From Bacilli bacterium (lineage in GTDB: Bacteria; Bacillota_I; Bacilli_A; ML615J-28; CAG-698), in contig CAKJYW010000001.1 of the NCBI GenBank assembly GCA_918272565.1, positions 6,353-70,352 of the forward strand: a DNA stretch of 64,000 bases. Reading direction: 5' to 3'. Made by a program: the position numbers and the translations under genes. The notes beneath the pieces are model-generated. The model was not told the DNA's origin. It did not search any database and was given only the letters and a program-made list of their open reading frames with translations. Of the stretch, positions 29,361-39,756 are shown in pieces (within the stretch, counting starts at the first letter, position 1; every line of letters begins with the position of its first letter).

Positions 29361-31067
29361 TTATTCGATATCATTTGCACAATACATTGTATTATCTTTA
29401 ATCTCTATCTTTTTGATTGAGTTTAATTCATCAATTGACACTTCAACAAAAACATAATAATAACTATTATTAACTTTTGAATCTTCTTGAGTTTGGTAAT
29501 TAGAATTTAAAGTGTCCCCATTAACTCTAAATTTAAAATAATGTCTATATTCACTATTATCTTGTAATGCAAAGAGGATTATTCCATGATCTTTATAGAA
29601 GTCAGAACTAAATGAAACATCTTTTCTGATGTTTAGTTTTGTACAAATTAATTGTAATTCTTCATCATTTTTAGCTTTATAGAAATTAGTGAAGTCACTA
29701 CATTTAGTATAGTTTTGGGCAAATTCTGAATAATTTAGTGCATAACTATTTAAAGAATTATCTGTTTCATAACTCTTAATGGCGTTACCAAAATCTTCTA
29801 AATTGATTGGATTACCAGTTGATATAAATTCATATTTTCTTTTGTTATTGAAGTATGAGAATATTATTGATCCATCAGATAATAGATTTATTGTATATTG
29901 ATGATCCATTGTATCGACTATCAATGTATAGCCAACTATTATAAAATTAGTCTTTAATCTCTTTAGTAGATTTTGGTCGTTTGTTACATTGATATTTTTA
30001 AAATAATTATTAAACAATTCAATAGAGTCTTCAGTAGATAAGTTATTAATAAATGTAGTTGATGAGCGGTTTGTTCCTAAAAACGCTTCAATTCGAAGGA
30101 TTGCCTCTACTTTAGATTTAAGATCAAAACTTATTAGTTCTTTGTTTAATAGGCGAGCTATTTCTTTTAAGTCTTTCTTTGTTAGAATCTTTTGATTGTA
30201 AGCTTCTTGTAATGTAAGAATATTATGTCCAATTAAATAAATTCTATTAGAGTTACTATATCTGAATTTGATGCCATCAATTTCTTCAATACTCTCTTCT
30301 TCTAAATATTCTAAGCCACATCCATCAACTATTACCGCATAATAGTTATTAAAACAACCGAAATAATCGCTAATATAGCCACTAAACATTGTACCATTTA
30401 TGTAATGATCACTAAGAGGACTAAATGTGCGAATGAAACTCTTAATTACATATTCTTGATTATATTTAGAAAATGCGGGATCGTTTATGTATGTTGTTAC
30501 TACTGGAGTTTCACACCACCATTCGTTTTCCGGGTATCCCATAACACAAAAGTTCTTAAATAATGAATATGTATCTTGATTTATAGCATTAAAACTATAT
30601 TTTAACTTTCCATCTTCATAATAATTTAACATTACTTTATGACAATCATTGATATTTATAGAGAAAGCTTTTATCAAACGATTATTAGTTAGATTTATCG
30701 TAATTGATGGGGTGTCAATGTAGTCATCTTCGTTATAAGCTAAAATATCGTTTTCTTCAAAATATTTAATATCTATTAAACATCTTAAAACATAATAAAC
30801 TAAATCATTATTACTGCTTTGAAAGATTGTAGAACTTAAAAGTGAATGAAAACCAGTCATGCTTACTACTTCATCGATACTTAACGATAATAATTCATTA
30901 GGTAGATCTATTTCTTTTTGATCATCAATTGGCGTAGCATCATCATTTGGGTCAACTTGTGACTTATCGGGGTTAGATACTTCATTAGGCTTTTCATCTA
31001 TTCTTTTACATCCCCAAAATAAAAAAATCGATAAATAAAATATAACAATTAAGAGAATCTTTTTCAT
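29361..31067 (-). CDS. Large hypothetical lipoprotein (568 aa)
   Basis: Signal peptide MKKILLIVIFYLSIFLFWGC. SD GGAG supports the start at 31067. The low-complexity acidic region NPDKSQVDPNDDATPIDDQKEIDLP has no known domain. Confidence 0.5.
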   Translation of the reverse strand: MKKILLIVIFYLSIFLFWGCKRIDEKPNEVSNPDKSQVDPNDDATPIDDQKEIDLPNELLSLSIDEVVSMTGFHSLLSSTIFQSSNNDLVYYVLRCLIDIKYFEENDILAYNEDDYIDTPSITINLTNNRLIKAFSININDCHKVMLNYYEDGKLKYSFNAINQDTYSLFKNFCVMGYPENEWWCETPVVTTYINDPAFSKYNQEYVIKSFIRTFSPLSDHYINGTMFSGYISDYFGCFNNYYAVIVDGCGLEYLEEESIEEIDGIKFRYSNSNRIYLIGHNILTLQEAYNQKILTKKDLKEIARLLNKELISFDLKSKVEAILRIEAFLGTNRSSTTFINNLSTEDSIELFNNYFKNINVTNDQNLLKRLKTNFIIVGYTLIVDTMDHQYTINLLSDGSIIFSYFNNKRKYEFISTGNPINLEDFGNAIKSYETDNSLNSYALNYSEFAQNYTKCSDFTNFYKAKNDEELQLICTKLNIRKDVSFSSDFYKDHGIILFALQDNSEYRHYFKFRVNGDTLNSNYQTQEDSKVNNSYYYVFVEVSIDELNSIKKIEIKDNTMYCANDIE

Positions 31068-31090
31068 AATAGTCTCCATATCTATATATA

Positions 31091-31130
31091 ATTATAACAA
31101 AAAAATAGTTTTTTTTTCAAAAAACTATTT
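31091..31130 (-). terminator. AT-rich terminator hairpin downstream of the MFS gene
   Basis: AAATAGTTTTTT-tttc-AAAAAACTATTT, 12-bp stem. Confidence 0.45.
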
Positions 31131-31149
31131 ATTTTGCATAATAAAAATA

Positions 31150-32469
31150 TTATAGTTCGTTTACTTTTTTGTTAAATAATAGAGTAAAAGCTGTTATTAA
31201 TAAACCGATAGAGCATCCAATTAATAAAGCAGATGATCCTAGGTAGTTAATAATATACCCTGCCACAAACGATGCAATAGGTGTTAAGCCCATTGAAGCC
31301 ATAGATATAAGAGATGATACTTTACCTAATTTCTCTTTGTCTACTTTTCTTGTAACGGTTGTGGAAACGGGGATGTTGATATTAACAATTAATATTCCCA
31401 TCATGAAAACAATAACCAAAAATGAGATTAAAAATACATTTAAATTCTTATTTAAATCAATAAAGAATAGATATAGTAGACTAGCTAGTAACATTACCAA
31501 AGCAAAAATGATAACTATTATCTTAACACTTTTAGAAACTTTCTCTTTTTGTTCTTTAGCACTCAAGATTAAACTACCTATTAAGCTACTAACACCAAAG
31601 ATAATAGCGATAATCGCTGACCACATTTCAGGTTCTAAAAATGAATTAAATAAATAATCTGGTGTTGTTTTAATTTCTGTATTAACAAAATAAGTTAAGA
31701 AATTACTTGTTATTGGTGTTAAAAAGAAATTAATAAACAAAAAGAAAGTGATTAGATAAAAGATTGCTTTTTGACCAACAAAATATTTAAAACCATCTTT
31801 AAGATCAGTAAATGTTGTCCTTAATGTCAATTTATCTTCTTTCTTTACGTGATTATATCTAATAAAGATTTCACTTATACCACTTAGGATATAACATACG
31901 CCAATTACTAAAAACATGTTAGGCATTGATAGACTTGAATACAAGATTCCTGCTAAAATCATACCGACGATTCCTTGGAAGCTGCTTAAAACTGAATAAT
32001 AGCTTTGAGCTTGTTGAATCTGGTAATCTTCTACTATTAGTGGTAGCAGGCTTGCACTAGCTGGTGAAAAGAATGCTGAAATAAGTGAAGTAAAGAATCC
32101 CACAACAAATATAAATATTACTTGACTAGATGGATTATTAAAAACTAAACACAAAACCATTAAAGATAAAATCAAGAATCCTTTTAGAAAATCACAAAAG
32201 CTCATGATTTTAGCTTTGTTGAACCTATCAGCTATTACCCCACCAATTGATGCTACTAACACATGAATTAGTCCAGTCATAAAAAGGTATAAACCTTGTA
32301 AAACAGCATTATTGTCTGTTAAGTTTAAAATGTAAAAACTAACAGCAAAATCATAGAAAATAGCTCCGATATTACTTACTAAAGCACCTAAGAAAGTAAG
32401 TGTGAAGTTTTTGTTTTTAAAAACATTTTCTCTTTTTACAGGTTCAGTAATTTTTACTTCTTCTTCCAT
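31150..32469 (-). CDS. MFS transporter (12 TM)
   Basis: Hydrophobicity pattern. The GVIADRFNKAK loop fits the MFS motif A (G-x-x-x-D-R/K-x-G-R-R/K). Confidence 0.75.
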   Translation of the reverse strand: MEEEVKITEPVKRENVFKNKNFTLTFLGALVSNIGAIFYDFAVSFYILNLTDNNAVLQGLYLFMTGLIHVLVASIGGVIADRFNKAKIMSFCDFLKGFLILSLMVLCLVFNNPSSQVIFIFVVGFFTSLISAFFSPASASLLPLIVEDYQIQQAQSYYSVLSSFQGIVGMILAGILYSSLSMPNMFLVIGVCYILSGISEIFIRYNHVKKEDKLTLRTTFTDLKDGFKYFVGQKAIFYLITFFLFINFFLTPITSNFLTYFVNTEIKTTPDYLFNSFLEPEMWSAIIAIIFGVSSLIGSLILSAKEQKEKVSKSVKIIVIIFALVMLLASLLYLFFIDLNKNLNVFLISFLVIVFMMGILIVNINIPVSTTVTRKVDKEKLGKVSSLISMASMGLTPIASFVAGYIINYLGSSALLIGCSIGLLITAFTLLFNKKVNEL

Positions 32470-32471
32470 AA

Positions 32472-33965
32472 TTATTTATAGATTTCTGTAAATTTATCTT
32501 TTAGGTACTTTATATAAATATCTGGATCAAAATCTATTTTACATACATCTTTAACAATTTCTAGATTCTTCTTTGTCCCACTGAATTTATGAATCTTTTC
32601 AGTTAACCAAATGTTGATGTTTTTGAAGTTTCCTTTTCTTAAGTCAGCGTCAACATCTAAATCTTTCTTCATCTCTTGATAAAACATTGCCCCATATGCG
32701 CTACCTAAAGCATATGTTGGGAAATATCCAAAGCCACTTGACCAGTGACTATCTTGGAAGACACCAATCAACTTATTAGGAGGAGTAATTCCTAAATATT
32801 CCTTCATATAATAATTAAATGTCTCTTCCATCTTATCCACATCAATTTCACCATTAAATAGTTTCTTTTCAACATTGTATCTAATTAATACATGTAATGG
32901 ATAAGTTAGTTCATCAGCTTCACATCTATTAAATTGAGCTTTAACGCTATTAACATAATAATAAATGTCATCTACTGTAATTCCTTCTAGTTCTTTAGGG
33001 TAAAGTTCAACTAATATTGGATATAAATATTCAATAAATGCTCTACTTCTACCTAAGTAGTTTTCATAGAATCTTGATTGAGATTCATGAGTGATACAAG
33101 TGACATTATTAAAGATGTTAGTGTCATTGTATTTATCATCCATATGAAGTTGGAATAAAGCGTGACCAATCTCATGCATTACTGAATATAAATTACTAAA
33201 TAGTAAATCTTCTTGATAACGAGTTGTGATTCTTACATCTTTGTTATTAGCCCAATTAGTAAATGGGTGAACAGTTTCACGAATACAACCAACATTATCA
33301 TCATATTCCATAGCAGAAGCAATTTTCTTAGTTAACTCTTTTTGTTTAGAGATATCAAACTTTAAAGTGTCTAATTTCTTGTTATATTTTTGTTCTTTAG
33401 TTAACACTTCTTTAACAAATGGTAATAAGTCTTTCTCGATCTTTTCGAAGAATTCATCATACATCTTTTGATTATATCCTTCTTCCATATCATCAAGTAG
33501 AACATCATAACCTTTTAAAGTATCTGTTTCTTCCCATTTGATGTATTTCTTATTAAATTCCACTAATTCTTTTAACTCAACCAAAAACTTAGAATAATCT
33601 AAAGTCTTTCTAGCTTCTTCCCATTCGTATGCTGATTTATAGGAATTTGTGATGTGTTTTTTAAGTTCATCTTTAGGGATTTTATTAATCTTAACTAATT
33701 CTTTATATTCGATTTCAATATCTAATTTAGTTATTTCATCAAGTTCATCTTTCTTATCGTTTAATGCATATATTAAGTTAATATAGTCATCGCTTAAAGT
33801 GATTTCTAGCTCTTTATTATATAACCATTCTTGAATCTCATCAGAATATGGTCTATCTAGCTTTGGACAATCAGTGATGGCATCATAGCTTAAGATAAAT
33901 TCACAATAAGAATATTTCTTTAATAACTCTTTATATTCTTTATATTTTTTTAATAATTCTTCCAT
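32472..33965 (-). CDS. M32 family carboxypeptidase (carboxypeptidase Taq-like, YpwA homolog)
   Basis: Carries HPFT, DVRITTRY, HESQSRF, HEIGHALFQ (HExxH) and GVFQDSHWSSGFGYFPTYALGSAYG, which are M32 signature motifs. Confidence 0.8.
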   Translation of the reverse strand: MEELLKKYKEYKELLKKYSYCEFILSYDAITDCPKLDRPYSDEIQEWLYNKELEITLSDDYINLIYALNDKKDELDEITKLDIEIEYKELVKINKIPKDELKKHITNSYKSAYEWEEARKTLDYSKFLVELKELVEFNKKYIKWEETDTLKGYDVLLDDMEEGYNQKMYDEFFEKIEKDLLPFVKEVLTKEQKYNKKLDTLKFDISKQKELTKKIASAMEYDDNVGCIRETVHPFTNWANNKDVRITTRYQEDLLFSNLYSVMHEIGHALFQLHMDDKYNDTNIFNNVTCITHESQSRFYENYLGRSRAFIEYLYPILVELYPKELEGITVDDIYYYVNSVKAQFNRCEADELTYPLHVLIRYNVEKKLFNGEIDVDKMEETFNYYMKEYLGITPPNKLIGVFQDSHWSSGFGYFPTYALGSAYGAMFYQEMKKDLDVDADLRKGNFKNINIWLTEKIHKFSGTKKNLEIVKDVCKIDFDPDIYIKYLKDKFTEIYK

Positions 33966-33976
33966 AAAATACCTCT

Positions 33977-34729
33977 TTAGTCGTCATCATCTTCATCGTC
34001 GTCCTCATCATCCTCATTAGGATCATCTTCTGGATCCTTAGCTTCATTTCTTCTTGATGCTATCGCTTTATCGATTGGATCAAAGATAATATAATAAATA
34101 GGAACAGTTAAAAAGATAATCCATCCTGGATGCCACATTTCAAAATAAAGTCCTAAAATAAAGAACACGATTGTTATAGCTACAGGGTAAGCAAATGGTG
34201 TGAATCTTCTTTTCTTAAGACAATCTAAAATAGAAGCAATAACAATAGGTGCTAAGAATACAATCCATAGTTTTGCCCATTGAGTGTTATCTTTGCTAGA
34301 AATTAGGAAATAAACGATTGCGGCGGCTATAAATAAAGATCCTGTAATAGTAGATGAAATAACATCATAAACTTTATATCTTTTCTTTTCTTCTTCAGTT
34401 AAATGATTGTAGCGGCCTTCAACTTTTTTTTTAACCTTTTTCTCGAATCGCTCTTCAATCATATCGCAAAGATCTTTTTCTTCCTCTTCCTTTTCTTTAA
34501 CTTCTTTACTTAATTCTTCTAAGCTTTGATCTGTATTAAGTAAATCATCTAAGCTAATATTATAAAGTTTAGCTAAGCAGATGAGGTTGTCTGTATCAGG
34601 ACTACTTTCAGCTCTTTCCCATTTAGAGACAGCTTGACGTGATAAACCTAATTTATCTGCAAGTTCTTCTTGAGATAATCCGTTCTTTTTTCTTAATTCA
34701 ACTAATCTGTTTGCAATTTCAATATTCAT
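33977..34729 (-). CDS. Membrane-anchored XRE-family HTH transcriptional regulator with poly-acidic C-terminal tail
   Basis: N-terminal LRKKNGLSQEELADKLGLSRQAVSKWERAES, then a coiled acidic linker, three or four TM helices, and the tail DPEDDPNEDDEDDDEDDDD. Confidence 0.7.
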   Translation of the reverse strand: MNIEIANRLVELRKKNGLSQEELADKLGLSRQAVSKWERAESSPDTDNLICLAKLYNISLDDLLNTDQSLEELSKEVKEKEEEEKDLCDMIEERFEKKVKKKVEGRYNHLTEEEKKRYKVYDVISSTITGSLFIAAAIVYFLISSKDNTQWAKLWIVFLAPIVIASILDCLKKRRFTPFAYPVAITIVFFILGLYFEMWHPGWIIFLTVPIYYIIFDPIDKAIASRRNEAKDPEDDPNEDDEDDDEDDDD

Positions 34730-34865
34730 AATTTTCCCTCCGTTTTATGCTACCATTATAGGGCGCAACCACGCCTCTTTTCTACAAACTCTACTTTTCA
34801 ATCGCCGCAACTTTTAGTTGCATAACCTTATTTTAAGAATATTATATTCTTTTTTTTATGGTTTT

Positions 34866-34902
34866 TAAAGAAAAAACGCTGAGAATAAAGCATTTTCAGC
34901 GT
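34866..34902 (-). terminator. Rho-independent terminator of the exonuclease-fusion gene
   Basis: ACGCTGAGAA-taaagca-TTTTCAGCGT with a minus-strand T-run. Confidence 0.55.
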
Positions 34903-34919
34903 TTTTGTGTAAAAAAATA

Positions 34920-36938
34920 TTATTTTACAATAATTATATCATCATCAATTTTTCTGAATTTTGTTGTTATATCATCAACACTTCTATTGACAATCCACAA
35001 AGGTTTATTAGGATTATCAGTTATATTTTTTATATAATTGTACTTCTCTAAATTACTAATAAATATATCAACAAGGTCAGACTTGTATTTTAAAACTTTA
35101 ATTATTTCGTTTTTAGTGATTAGATTATTATTTGTAATTTGTTTAAGTATCTCTACTTCAGTTCTAAGAAGAGTTCTACTTCTTATAACATCTTCCTCTT
35201 TTTGAATATTCAATTTCACTTTGTATAGTTTTACAATTACTTTATCAATATATTTTTTATATGTCTTCGGTTTATTTTTCTCTACAAATTTAATTACAAC
35301 AACATATATATTTCTTCCTTTAAATTCATAATATAATTGTTTTGCTATTCTATCTTTAACAATAGTTTTAGTTAATAAAATATCCATTGTTTTAATTTCA
35401 ACTATATTTTTAGAATCAGACAGATCACATAGGGAAAGTACTTTTTTATCGTCAGAAATACATAACTCTTGACTCATTATTACATCATCATTAAATATTC
35501 TTTCTCTTAGATAGTCAGCTAATGGCTTGATACACTCCTTAATAATATCAGTCACATTATTAATAGTTTCTATATAAGTTTTATCTTCTTCATTTATAGC
35601 AGATATAGTTCCGTCTTCTTCTAAGTTAATAGGAATCTCATTAAGAACACTAGGCAACGCTCCAACGAATTCTAATTTTTTTTTGTTTTCAGATAAGAAA
35701 AATGTATTATTTTGCTTCGTCACATTAAGTATGGTATTTAGCATATGCTCAATTGTAATACCTGTAATGTTTGTTGGAAATTTTTTAATAAATTTTATAT
35801 TTTTTTCCGGAAAAGAGAAAGAAAATACTTCTTTAGCTTTTCCTTCGATAAATGGAATACTTATATTGGCTAACCTCTTTAATTCCGGAGTAGTCGTTAA
35901 ATAAGTACATGGTATTATATAATCAGGGTTAAATTTATATAATTTATTATTTATAAAAAAATAATCATTCATTGACACTTTTTCAAACAACTTCCATTCT
36001 AATATACAGTCATTAAGACTAGTATGCTTTTCCCTTATTCCTTCGATGCCAAATAATTTACATAAATAATCTTTAGTTAAAAATCCTTCACTTCCATATG
36101 GCGCTTCAGGAAACTTGTTCTTAATATTCTCGATTTTTAGATTATCGAAGCCAAAGAGATTATGCCTTTTACAATAATTGTTTATAAAATCGAAGTCAAA
36201 AGTACCTTTTCCACCACTATATGAAAGAACTATTCTTTCTTTTAATTTAAAAAATTCTATTATAGAATCTAATTCAACTTGATCCAAATGACATTCATTT
36301 TCAATCATATTGTCATTTATGCCATTTATATATCCTGTCAATACTAGTGGTTGCAAATCTAGCGGGAGAAATCTATTGTAGCAAATTCCTGTTGTTGGAT
36401 CATAAATTGATATTGATAGTAAATCATCATTTGCTTTTCTAAGACCATTTGTTTCAACATCAACTACAATATATTTATTTTTCAATTCATCAAATTCGGT
36501 TTTATAATCTGTTTTTATTAAGTGTGATTCAAAATGTTTAATTAATAGCGTTTTTCGATTATCAAATGGTGGAAGCAAGTATTCTTTTAAGTACAACAAT
36601 TTTAAATACTTATTTTGTGCTGAATTAGATTTACCAATGTATAATTTTTTTAATTTATCATCAATTAAATTGTATTCAGTAAAACCATCTCTATAAGCTA
36701 CATCAATTTGTTCTAATTTCTCTTTTTCATCCATTCCATAATTTACTGTTTTTACACCGTAAATTATTCTTATTAATTTGTCATGAGTGAATCTATAATA
36801 TGTACAATTAATTTTAGGTACTGTTTTATCTTTGAAAATGCTTGTCTCAGAAACATTGCACAAATAATCAGTGGCACTCATAAAATCATTAAGTGTTAGG
36901 AGATTAATTTTAGAATCTTTAGAGTATTTTTTAGCCAT
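34920..36938 (-). CDS. Multidomain protein: N-terminal unknown domain, central DEDDh 3'-5' exonuclease (DnaQ-like), C-terminal unknown domain with possible PD-(D/E)xK motif
   Basis: Exo I YIVVDVETNGL, Exo II YSGGKGTFDFDFI, Exo III HTSLNDCILEW. The C-terminal SLCDLSDSKNIVEIKT fits D...ExK. No helicase or Walker motifs. Confidence 0.6.
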   Translation of the reverse strand: MAKKYSKDSKINLLTLNDFMSATDYLCNVSETSIFKDKTVPKINCTYYRFTHDKLIRIIYGVKTVNYGMDEKEKLEQIDVAYRDGFTEYNLIDDKLKKLYIGKSNSAQNKYLKLLYLKEYLLPPFDNRKTLLIKHFESHLIKTDYKTEFDELKNKYIVVDVETNGLRKANDDLLSISIYDPTTGICYNRFLPLDLQPLVLTGYINGINDNMIENECHLDQVELDSIIEFFKLKERIVLSYSGGKGTFDFDFINNYCKRHNLFGFDNLKIENIKNKFPEAPYGSEGFLTKDYLCKLFGIEGIREKHTSLNDCILEWKLFEKVSMNDYFFINNKLYKFNPDYIIPCTYLTTTPELKRLANISIPFIEGKAKEVFSFSFPEKNIKFIKKFPTNITGITIEHMLNTILNVTKQNNTFFLSENKKKLEFVGALPSVLNEIPINLEEDGTISAINEEDKTYIETINNVTDIIKECIKPLADYLRERIFNDDVIMSQELCISDDKKVLSLCDLSDSKNIVEIKTMDILLTKTIVKDRIAKQLYYEFKGRNIYVVVIKFVEKNKPKTYKKYIDKVIVKLYKVKLNIQKEEDVIRSRTLLRTEVEILKQITNNNLITKNEIIKVLKYKSDLVDIFISNLEKYNYIKNITDNPNKPLWIVNRSVDDITTKFRKIDDDIIIVK

Positions 36939-36980
36939 TGATAAGTCCTCTCATTCTTCTTATATATAGATATTTTATCA

Positions 36981-37019
36981 TAAAATAAAAAAAGATTATA
37001 GTTAAATAAAACTATAATC
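36981..37019 (-). terminator. Terminator downstream of trxA
   Basis: GATTATAGTT-aaataa-AACTATAATC with a minus-strand T-run. Confidence 0.5.
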
Positions 37020-37031
37020 AAATCTTAATAT

Positions 37032-37346
37032 TTACTTAGTAGATTCCTTAATCCAAGATAATAATCCAGCTTTAGGGATAAAACCTAATCTACGGGCAAT
37101 CTCTTGTTTGTTTTTTAAAATTATGAATGTTGGAACGGCGCTTATATTAAAGGCTTCAGCTAGCTCACCTTCCTCGTCTACATCAACTTTATAAAACTTA
37201 ACGTTTTTAAGTTCAGCTTCTTCACTTACTTCTTCTAAGAATGGTGCCATCATCTTACAAGGACCACACCATGTAGCAAACATATCAATTAAGATATATT
37301 CATCTTTTAAATTTTCAAATTCTTTTTGTGTTAATTTTTTTACCAT
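37032..37346 (-). CDS. trxA: Thioredoxin
   Basis: WCGPCKM active site; 104 aa. Confidence 0.9.
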   Translation of the reverse strand: MVKKLTQKEFENLKDEYILIDMFATWCGPCKMMAPFLEEVSEEAELKNVKFYKVDVDEEGELAEAFNISAVPTFIILKNKQEIARRLGFIPKAGLLSWIKESTK

Positions 37347-37355
37347 AATTATCTC

Positions 37356-39701
37356 CTATTTATTTTTAAAATATACGATTGTGGCTCCTTGGCCACCTTC
37401 TCCTTGTCCACCATATCTAAAGCTTTCAACATTCTTATTTGTTTTTAAAGTATTTTGGACTAAGGTTCTAATTGCACCAGTTCCAAATCCGTGAATGATA
37501 GCTACACTTGCTAAGCCAGCATACAAAGCATCATCTAAATATTTATCAAGTAGATCTTTAGCTTCTTCGTATCTAGCTCCTCTTAAATCAAGTGACATAC
37601 TAACATGTTTTCTTGGAGTAAAATCAGTAGGTGTAGATTTAAACCTAACAACTTCTTTTGGCTTAGTACTAACCTTTTTTAAGTTATTTAAATCAATAGT
37701 TAACTGAGCGTTACCAGCTTGAACTAAGAATTTATCACCCTTAAGTTTTTTAATAACTTCCCCATTAACTCCATAATTATTTATGTAAACTATTGAACCA
37801 ACTTCGATATTAGTATCATCTTGATAAATCTCTTCTTCAATATTTAGGGCTTCTTTGATTTCCTTTAAATCGTGCTTTTTAGAACTGATTTCATGAAGTT
37901 TAGTTTCTTTTAACTTCATCTCTTCTAGTTCACTAATTAAAGCATCGATTTTCTTTTGATTCTTTTCTAATAATTTCTTAGCTTCTTGAGACGCTTCATT
38001 TAATATTTCGTTTTTACGAAGTGCAATATTATTTAATTCTTCTTTTTGCTTTTCAATTAATTCATTAAGCTCTCGGTTCTTTTCTTTTGTCTTTTTAACT
38101 AAACGGTTATAATCTTCACTTTGATGAATTAATTTCCTTAAGGCTACATTTACTTCATCACTATTTTCGTTAGTGTAAGTTCTAGCTTTATTAATTACTT
38201 CTTCACTTAAACCTAAGTTTTTAGAAATATATAAAGCATTAGATTTACCAGGAATTCCTAAAAGTAATCTATAAGTAGGTTTTAAAGTCTTAGCATCAAA
38301 TTCAACACTAGCATTGATGATGTTTTCTTTTTTTAGTGCGTGTACTACCAAATTAGAATAGTGAGATGTAGCACAAACTAAGCAATTCCTTTCAATTAAG
38401 GTATCAAAAATAGCAATAGCGAGGCTGCTTCCTTCAACTGGATCAGTACCACTTCCTACTTCATCAAGTAAAACTAGAGAATCTTTAGTTACTTTATCCA
38501 TTATTTCAATGATATTTTTCATGTGAGAAGAGAATGTTGATAAATTTTGGGAGATATTTTGATCATCTCCAATATCCGCATATACTTCATCAAATATCAT
38601 GATAGAGCTTTCAGGGCTTGCAGGAACGAGTAGGCCAAACCTAACCATGAGTGAAATAATACCCATAGTTTTTAAAATAACCGTCTTACCACCAGTATTA
38701 GGGCCAGTAATTATTATTCCTTTATAATCTTTTCCTAAAATGATGTCATTATTAACGATGTTTGGAGTATTTAAAAGAGGATGATGACAATTATATAATT
38801 CAATAAAACCTGAATCATTGATATTTATCATATTTCCTTCAATATAATTTGAGTAAGATGCCTTAGAATAAATCAAATCAAGATGACAAATGATATTATA
38901 ATCTGTCATAAGTTCATCGTAGTGAGCTTTAAGGCTTAAAGAATATTCTCTTAAGATTTGATAAATCTCTTCCTTTTCTTCTTCATACAAATTATTTAAT
39001 TTATTATTTAGTTCAAAAATAGCAGTTGGCTCAATATAAACAGTTGAACCAGTGTTACTTGAATCATGAGTTATTCCTTTAATAGAATTCTTGAAATCAT
39101 TTTTAACAGGAATAACAAAACGATCATTACGAGTTGTTACAATTGCTTCTGATAGAATAGAAGAATATTTACTAACAAGTTCGTTTAATTTACTTTGAAT
39201 ATTTTTCTTAGTATTAATGATATTACGTCTAATATCAAATAGTTTTGAACTTGCACTATCTAAAATCTCTCCATAAGGCGTCATAATCTCACGAAGTCTA
39301 ACATTTAGTTCCTTAGGATAAGAGAAATTAACGAGATTTTTATCAAAATAAATATGGTCAATATTGTTTTCTGACAATGTTTCACTATAATTTATGATAT
39401 TTCTTATCGAATCTAGGAACTTTTGGACTTCTATTAAGTCAGCGATATTTAATACTCCAAATTTATTAACTTTATCAAGTAAATCGCATATTTCAGAGTC
39501 AAAATAAAGAGGGAAAACGCCACTTCTATAAATTAAGCGACTTGCTTCATCTACTTCAGACAGTTCTTCTTTTATTTCATCGATATCGCTCTTTAGTTCA
39601 TAATTATCTAAGATATTAATCGTATTAATTAGACGAGCATATTTTTTTATCTCATCGATGATTATATTGAATTCTAAAATATTATGATATTTGTTTTTCA
39701 T
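37356..39701 (-). CDS. mutS2: Endonuclease MutS2 (MutS domain + C-terminal Smr)
   Basis: Walker A GPNTGGKT, DEVGSGTDP, and a C-terminal Smr domain (LDLRGARYEEA...IIHGFGTGAIR). Confidence 0.9.
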   Translation of the reverse strand: MKNKYHNILEFNIIIDEIKKYARLINTINILDNYELKSDIDEIKEELSEVDEASRLIYRSGVFPLYFDSEICDLLDKVNKFGVLNIADLIEVQKFLDSIRNIINYSETLSENNIDHIYFDKNLVNFSYPKELNVRLREIMTPYGEILDSASSKLFDIRRNIINTKKNIQSKLNELVSKYSSILSEAIVTTRNDRFVIPVKNDFKNSIKGITHDSSNTGSTVYIEPTAIFELNNKLNNLYEEEKEEIYQILREYSLSLKAHYDELMTDYNIICHLDLIYSKASYSNYIEGNMININDSGFIELYNCHHPLLNTPNIVNNDIILGKDYKGIIITGPNTGGKTVILKTMGIISLMVRFGLLVPASPESSIMIFDEVYADIGDDQNISQNLSTFSSHMKNIIEIMDKVTKDSLVLLDEVGSGTDPVEGSSLAIAIFDTLIERNCLVCATSHYSNLVVHALKKENIINASVEFDAKTLKPTYRLLLGIPGKSNALYISKNLGLSEEVINKARTYTNENSDEVNVALRKLIHQSEDYNRLVKKTKEKNRELNELIEKQKEELNNIALRKNEILNEASQEAKKLLEKNQKKIDALISELEEMKLKETKLHEISSKKHDLKEIKEALNIEEEIYQDDTNIEVGSIVYINNYGVNGEVIKKLKGDKFLVQAGNAQLTIDLNNLKKVSTKPKEVVRFKSTPTDFTPRKHVSMSLDLRGARYEEAKDLLDKYLDDALYAGLASVAIIHGFGTGAIRTLVQNTLKTNKNVESFRYGGQGEGGQGATIVYFKNK

Positions 39702-39756
39702 TTTTGTTTTTAAACCTTTTATATGATATAATAAGTAGTGGCGAGAGGATAAATCT

